This document shows, one piece after another, positions 55,751-64,000 of a stretch of 64,000 bases of DNA. The first letter of the stretch is position 1. Each line of letters starts with the position of its first letter. The translations under genes were made by a program, and so were the position numbers. The notes beneath the pieces are model-generated. The model saw only the letters and a program-made list of their open reading frames with translations. It did not search any database and had not been told where the DNA came from. The stretch is from the human T2T-CHM13v2.0 reference genome, Homo sapiens, in assembly GCF_009914755.1 (NCBI RefSeq), contig NC_060938.1; one strand, given 5' to 3'.

Positions 55751-55849
55751 TAGGTCCTCATGTCACACCTGGTGTGCAGAGGTGGGGTCAGCCCTCAGGG
55801 GTGGCCAGGCTGCCAGATGGTCAGAGTATCCCAAAATTCACTCCAGCTT

Positions 55850-56145
55850 CAGGGTCAGGGCGCCCTGGACTCACCCCACCCTCAGGGTCAGGGCAGCTGG
55901 ACTCCCCCCACCCGCAGGGTCCGGATGCCCTGGACTCCCCCCACCCTCAGGGTCAGGGCAGCTGGACTCCCCCCACCCTCAGGGTCAGGGCAGCTGGACT
56001 CACCCCACCCTCAGGGTCAGGGCCCCTGGACTCACCCCACCCTCAGGGTCTGGGTTCCCCAGACTCACCCTACCTTCAGGGTCAGGGCGCCTGGACTCAC
56101 CCCACCCGCAGGGTCAGGGCCCCCGGACTCCCCCCACCCTCAGGT
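55850..56145. repeat. Minisatellite, about 32-bp unit, about 9 copies
   Basis: tcagggtcagggcagctggactc(a/c)ccccaccc repeated. Confidence 0.93.
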
Positions 56146-56459
56146 GGATGGCACCCAGGAACGCCTGGTTCCCCCCTGCTGCGTTGCATGGGGTCTCCTC
56201 AGTTAGGAGGTCCTGGGCCCAGGGCAAGTCAGGTCCTGGGAGGTTGGGGGCTGGTCACCCTGCATGGCCCGGATGGGAGCCCTGTGCTTGGAATTTGGCT
56301 CAGCTAGGCTCCCTGGTCAGCGTATGGCCGGGTCCACATGTAGGAGCCACGGCCTAGAGAGGCCTAAACCCTCACCCGAGCCAGAGGCCACAGGGCTGGA
56401 GAGGCCGCAGCACGGGTGTGGTTTCCACGGGAGGCTCCAGGCCCGTCTCTGCTCAGCAG

Positions 56460-56602
56460 GGTGTGCCAGGCCCGAGGGAGCACCCTGGACAGCCTGAGGA
56501 CAGCCCCGAGGCTGAGGCCTCCACCCTGGATGTGTTCACGGAGAGGCTGCCGCCCAGCGGGAGGATCACCAAGACAGAGTCCCTTGTCATCCCCTCCACC
56601 AG
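56460..56602 (+). CDS. PACS2: PACS2 exon 12 (143 nt; [48 protein letters not shown])
   Basis: cagcag|GGT NAGNAG acceptor, AG|gtgatg donor. Confidence 0.95.
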
Positions 56603-57396
56603 GTGATGGGGGCTGCACGGCGGGGCGGGGCGGTGATGCACCTGTCGGGGGAGGGGCCGTCACGGGCATCAGTCGGGGTGGGTGCGTGTCAGTCCATCCT
56701 GATGAGCTCCCTCGGGTGTAGACAGCAGATTCAGGGCCTCGTCCTTCTTAAAAAGGAGAAGCAAACCCCCTGGCCCGGCATTGGGTGTCAAGCCTGCAGC
56801 CCCAGATTCCACCCTACCTGTTTGAGGGCAGGGTCAGGCGGGTCTGCCCTCCAGCAGGTGCCCCCACATCCCCCTGAGTAGCCCCTGCCTCAGCCAAAAG
56901 ACACACATACACCAGCTTGATTCTTCCAGGATTTCAATTTCATGTTTCTGTGATATTTGGGACTTTTTCCAAAGCAGCGAGTCTGGGCACTGGTTTTTAC
57001 CTTGTGGTGGCACCCAGGTGCCTGTGTCCGCGCTTTGGAGCCAGGTCGCCCTGGCAGCCTCAGTGCCCTGCACTGGCCTGCACCTGGCTCTGCCCAGCTC
57101 TTGGCCCGGGCAGGGAGGGTGAGCTCAGTCCTCACGGTGGCTCCAAGCCTCCTGGCCTGGCTCGAAGTCTCACAGGCAGAGCTGTGTGGGGTCCCATCGG
57201 AGGCACGGCCTCACTTGTACTCAGCTGCTGCTGTGGCCCTCCCAGGGCTGGTGACCTCTCTGTGCAGCCCATGTTCCCACTGCCCATCAGTCAGCCCTGT
57301 GCTCACCCTTCCCTGTCCCCACCACAATGTGTAGGCCACTGCAGGCCTGCCCCTGCCTCTGCCCCTGTTCCTGTTCCTGCTGCCACAGCCACTTAG

Positions 57397-58144
<748 letters not shown>

Positions 58145-58147
58145 TGA

Positions 58148-58416
<269 letters not shown>

Positions 58417-58861
58417 GTGAGTTGGGCTCCACCCTGTACTCACCACCCAAGTACCCCTCGGGGTCCCTGCACCCCCACCTCTGCCCATTGCTCCGGGGCT
58501 AGGTGCGTCCTGGACCTGGGGCTGTGGCTGGTGTCCACAGAGGCTGACCCATGCGCTCTTCGCAGCCTGGCCTCCCCTCAGTTGTGGGCGGGAGCAGCAG
58601 CCTGGTGGGTGTCCTGCCACACTGGAGTGGTGGCCTCCTGGCCTGTCCTTGGAAGCCTGGGCTGAGGCCATGACTGTGTGGTCCCTCAGCCTGGGCACGT
58701 TTGGGCATGTGGGGGTCCTGGGCTTGGGCAGCTCCAGGGCAGTTGTGGCATGAGCGGCCACAGGCACGGAGCCCCCTGGGCTCACACTGGCATCCTTGGA
58801 TGGAGGACGGCTCCCCTGAGGCGTCTGTCCCCTCTCCGTCCCACCTGCCTCTGGATTGCAG

Positions 58862-59016
58862 CTGCAACTGCAATTCCCAGCCCCCGACCCCCGTGAAGAT
58901 CGCCGTGGCGGGAGCGCAGCATTACCTCAGTGCCATCCTGCGGCTCTTTGTGGAGCAGCTGTCCCACAAGACACCCGACTGGCTCGGCTACATGCGCTTC
59001 CTGGTCATCCCACTGG
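58862..59016 (+). CDS. PACS2: PACS2 exon 16 (155 nt; [52 protein letters not shown])
   Basis: tgcag|C acceptor, CTGG|gtgagc donor. Confidence 0.97.
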
Positions 59017-59065
59017 GTGAGCACCACGCCGTCCACCTGGGCCTGGGCACAGATGCCACGGGCAG

Positions 59066-59165
59066 TGTGGCGTGGCATGGAGTGGTGTGGCGTGGCGTGG
59101 CGTGTTGTGTGGCGTGGCGTGGCGCGGTGTGTCGTGGTGTGGCGCGGTGTGGCATGGCGTGGTGT
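59066..59165. repeat. Degenerate (GTGGC)n pentamer microsatellite
   Basis: gtggcgtggcatggagtggtgtggcgtggcgtggcg... Confidence 0.9.
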
Positions 59166-59830
59166 CCCTGCTTGCTACACATTTGTTGTTTTTAAATGTT
59201 TGTTTGATACAGTAACACTTTGTTAATTTTAATTATATGCAAGATAACTTGATTGCCCTAAAACAGCCATTTGGGTCAAGATAAAGCCATCGCCCTCTGA
59301 AGGGGCCTGAGCTGGGTGTCTCCTCCATCAGTCGCTGTGATAACTCTATGCCAGTTTCGATTTCCAAAGTCAGAAGTGCAAAGCAGGGCTCGTTATTAAT
59401 CCTCTCAAATCGTCCAGGTCCTGTGTCGTCGAACTCCATTACTTCTTTAGGTCCATACGATGTGTCTTACCACGAAACAAACCCACCCAGCCTTAATCTG
59501 TTGACCAGCAGCAAGGCCTGGAGGCGACACCTCTCCCGTGTGGCCCTCACGATGCCGACGTCAGAGCCCTGAGCCAGCCGAGGCCTCTGCACGGTCACAT
59601 GTGCCCTGCTGGGCCTTCCTCAGTGGCACTCAGGGCTCTGGGACCTCAGCTCAGGGCTGGAGCTCCTTCAGCGGGGCCACAGGCATCCACCAGGGAGGGG
59701 CAGTGGTGGCTTTCTCTTTCGGTGGCAGGAAAGTGGGCTTGTCTGGAAGGCAGCAGCACAGGCCTGGGGTCGGGTGGCCCAGCTTTTGTGCCGCGGTGGG
59801 AGCCTTGCAGCTCCGAGTCCCCCGTGGTGA

Positions 59831-60491
<661 letters not shown>

Positions 60492-61187
60492 TAACGCGGT
60501 GGGCCCAGGCACCATACCACAGGCTGCCGCCAGCCACCAACCCTCCGTGGGCCTCCCCACCCGCTGCTGGGCTTGGCCTGGTGGGCCGCAGAGCCCTGCA
60601 CCGGGCTTAGACCAGAGCCTGGGCCAGCTGGGCAGCTCTGGGCCTCCCTGACAGCAGGTGCTTCCCCGCACCCCAGATCCCTCATAGTAAGCGCCATTTC
60701 CGCACCTGTTTCTGTGCATGTTGAAACCCCGCGTGATAAGAAGTTGACAGAATGGATAGCTGTCATGGGGCCAGGGTGGCAGTGGCCCAGCCCCTCCAGT
60801 CTGGGCACCTGTTCCTTCCACAGCCTGGGTTTCTCGGGCTGGGGAACGAAGGATTCCCTGGGCCTCGGGCCCTGTGGGTGAGTGATCAGCTCGTGTCCTC
60901 ACCTGCCCAGAGCAGGACGGTGCTCAGGAGCCCCCGGCCGAAAGTCCTGCGGAGACCTGTCTGTCCCGCCCGGCGCCTCCTCCCTGCACATCTGGCGCCA
61001 CTGTCCCACACCTTCCCTAGACTACAGGGGAGAGAGCCGAGTGCAAGGCGCAAAGCCAGCGCTCACGGGCTCTCCCACGCAGGAGCCCCAGTGAGATGGG
61101 AGCCACTGAGTGCCCTCGGCGGTCCCTGGAGGGGTCCTGAGGGCGTCGTAACGTGTCTGTTTTCTCTTTTGGTGGCTTTCTGAAAAG

Positions 61188-61220
61188 GAAAAAGCATTTT
61201 CATTTTGACTTTACCCTAAG
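61188..61220 (+). CDS. PACS2: PACS2 alternative 33-nt cassette exon 19 ((R)KKHFHFDFTL(S))
   Basis: Pyrimidine tract, aaag|G acceptor, AAG|gtacgg donor; symmetric phase 2-2; 11 aa plus the 4-aa exon 13 extension account for the recalled 889 vs 904 aa isoforms. Confidence 0.88.
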
Positions 61221-64000
61221 GTACGGCTCTGTGGGTCTGCCTCCCACCCTGTCTGTCCCCAGGCTGGTCTTCAGGGCTTGTTTGGCAGAGTCACGTAGGA
61301 ATCACCCCGCTGTCCTCTCTCCGGACTGGGAGTCAGGCCCTGAGGGCCACCAGCTGCAGGCTGAGAGCCCGCACGGGAGAGGGGAAGTGGCCCCAACCCG
61401 AGTCACTTTTTGCTGACGTGGACCCTTTTCCTCCATCCGATCTCTGACACTGAGTCAGGAGAGCAGCAGATGGGCCCTCCTGTCCCTGGCCAGGCCCGTG
61501 TGCTGGGACTCCACCCCAGAGCCCTGAAGCCTGCAGGTCGGCCAGGCAGGCCTTTCCCCGGCTCTGTTTTGACCCTGGGTTTTGATTTAAGAAGTGGCCA
61601 GGTTTAGCCCCTCCTCGTTTTAAACCAGGAGCGAGTGGCTGGTGTGGACACCAGGATCACCTGGGCCAGGCTGTTTCCCAGGCCCTTCACGTTTGTGAAG
61701 CTGGCAGCAGCCTAGCAGGGGCACGGGTGCACGCCCTACACACGGGGACGCCCAAGCAAGTAGTTAAGGAGCTGGCCTGGTGACACGGTGGTCAGCGGCT
61801 GTGCCTTGGGCCCCCTACACACTGCAGAGCCTGGCTCCCAGGGCTCCCTCGAGCACCTGGGGCCAGCAGAGAGGGGTTTCCAGCATCTTGTGGCTTACCT
61901 GGAGACGGGGCCAAACTACCGAGACCTCCAAATGGGGGTAAAGAGTTTTCATTCCGAGGCAGCTCCACCCCCTACAACCTTTCATGTTCAGAGCCAAGTC
62001 CCAGGCACCCCCAAAGCTGCCCTTTCAGACAGAGCCACCCCTTTTCCTTGGCCAGGTGTGTCCTGCTGCAGGGTGGGGGCCCCTGCTGGTCCTCCCATGG
62101 GCTCGTTCTCTACCCCGTGTCTTCTGCCCTGTGTGAGGTCATTTGCTGTCCTAGGAAACCCCCCCAACCCCCTGACCTCAGTGCAGGGTAGTTGGGTCCC
62201 TGGGGCCCCCTTGCTGGCCTAGGAGCTGCTCGAAGTGGGCAGCCTGGGACCACCCACAGCTGTAGGGCTGGGCGCTGGGAAGACACAGGAAGGGGGCTGA
62301 ACATCCTATGTCTTGTCCTGCTAAACAAGCCTTCACAGGTGAAAGACCAGCCGTGGGGGCCTCCCCTGCTGACCCCCAGCAGCCTCCGCCCTTGCCCCCT
62401 GGCTGTGGCACGAGGAGCCTGCAGCATGTTCTGGCCGCCCGGCCGCCGCAGGCCGTGGACGCAGCTGCTTGTATCTCCCAGGTCAGCTCTTCCAAGCAGC
62501 AAGCCAGGGCCTTAGGGGGCCTTACACCCACTCCCACCCTGCACCTCCTGCCCCTGCCTCCGTGTTGCAGGGGTGACACTGGCTGCCTCCACGTTATAAG
62601 GGTGACACTGGCTGCCTGGGGTCCTGGAAGGAACCCAGCAAAGGCCATAAGTGTCTTACCTGCTCTCTGTACCCAGAGGAGGGTCAGTCGGGAGGCTGAG
62701 AGAGTGCAGGCGGTGGCACAGCCCTTGTGACGGGGGACCTGTGCAGAGCCCTCTCCAGCCAGGCTCCCCTGCGAGAGTCCCTCGTGAGGTGACTCCTGCT
62801 GGCCCGCCCTCCTCTGCCGAGAATGGCACTCCTCCTATGAGGGCAGGCCAGGCCTGGAGGGCGGCCTCGAGCCCCAGCCTGCCCGTGCAGCGCATGGGTG
62901 GAAAGGGCTGCTCAGGCATCCGGCAGCTTGCCCAGGGCCATGCGGAGTGGCCCCCAAGGCATCTGTGCCCTCCGTGCCCGCGGGGCCTCCCCACGCCACG
63001 GTGGTATGCTCCTTACACTCCTGACCACACTGCCTCCACAGACATGTGTGTGCCTCCAGGGTCAGGATGAGGGTCTCAGTGTCCAGCCGGTGTCACCCCT
63101 GTCATATTGGCCCATGTCCAGGGCTGGGTGCTGTCTGCATGGCCCAGAGGCGCAGCTTGGCTTTGAGAGTTCCAGCAACATCCCTGTGTTGTGACGTCTC
63201 CTGCATTCGGCCCTCATCTGCCACGCACTGCCCCATGGGCCTCGGAGCAGAGCATGGATGGGAGGCCAGCCTGCCATGGCTGGCTCGGTGGGGGGGTCTG
63301 GCTCGGCAGAGGGCAGGTGGCCCTGGGAATTGGAGCCACCCATGCCCTGGGGACCAGCAGCCACCACCTGTCTTCTGTGCCTTCGCGTGCCTGGGAGGAC
63401 ACAGATGTCACAGATTTCCAAACACTGGTCTGCTCAACAAGGATAGTGGGATGTCAAAGGCCACGTCCAGGCACTCCTGCCTGACAGCTGTGGACACAGC
63501 CAGGGTGCTGGGGGGCCAGGAGGCCGCCCTGAGGCAGAGGTGGGCCTCAACACAGGATTTGCATCGCTTTATGTTATTTGAAATGGACAAGAAGAGGGGA
63601 AAGTTTCAACTCTTCTCCTTAGAAATGGAACTAGGCCTGGGGCATCTTTAATGGGATGGGAGGAATCTGTAGGTGGTTTCATCCAGAGGCATTTGCCAGG
63701 TCTTCTGCAGAGGGTGGGCCAGGAGCCGTCCAGGTTGGCGTCTGGGGAGGGTGGGTCTTGCCAGCCGCCGTCTCCTCACACTGGCGCTGCGAAGACAGGG
63801 AAGGCACCTGCTGGGACCAGCCGCAGAGGCTGCCTCCTGGGAGTGTGCTCTGGACCGGCTGCCGGGCAGAGGCTGTTTTACTTGTGGGCACACTTTGTGG
63901 GGAGCACTGGGATCAAGCCTCTGCCCTGCAGGGCTCTTGAGGAGATAGCGCTGCTGGTCCTGGGAGCTGGTGCTCCAGGCAGACGGCTGGGCTGGGCCTG

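Noticed and set aside
55850-56145. Interstitial telomeric repeat
   Set aside because: No TTAGGG arrays; only paired TCAGGG within a longer unit.
61221-64000. Next PACS2 exon (expected to begin SPDEESSQKFIPFVG)
   Set aside because: Not found; it must lie beyond the window end.

Overview
This is GC-rich primate (almost certainly human, 14q32.33) genomic DNA from the interior of PACS2 (phosphofurin acidic cluster sorting protein 2), transcribed on the + strand. The window starts inside intron 1 and holds coding exons 2-18 plus the 33-nt cassette exon 19. All have GT-AG boundaries and splice into one continuous frame (RLCSLTLKK...[19 protein letters not shown]). Exon 1 and the 3' exons lie outside the window. 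The introns contain many Alus, old L1 fragments, MaLR LTRs, a MER1-type hAT element, a near full-length Tigger1 nested in a Tigger3-type element, a processed RPS20 pseudogene nested in an L1, and about ten GC-rich minisatellites. Nearly all long ORFs in the six-frame track are artefacts of GC content, tandem repeats and Alus. I find no convincing new biological system. The most interesting local observations are: a CpG-rich VNTR apparently derived from Tigger3 sequence by purely AT-to-GC changes; an array of EBF-like motifs 28 nt after the exon 3 donor; a perfect ER8 nuclear-receptor element in intron 1; and several splice-site features, including a 12-nt duplication that created a second donor. 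Exon numbers, residue numbers and repeat family names come from my recall of the known protein and consensus sequences, not from a search. Repeat boundaries are approximate.
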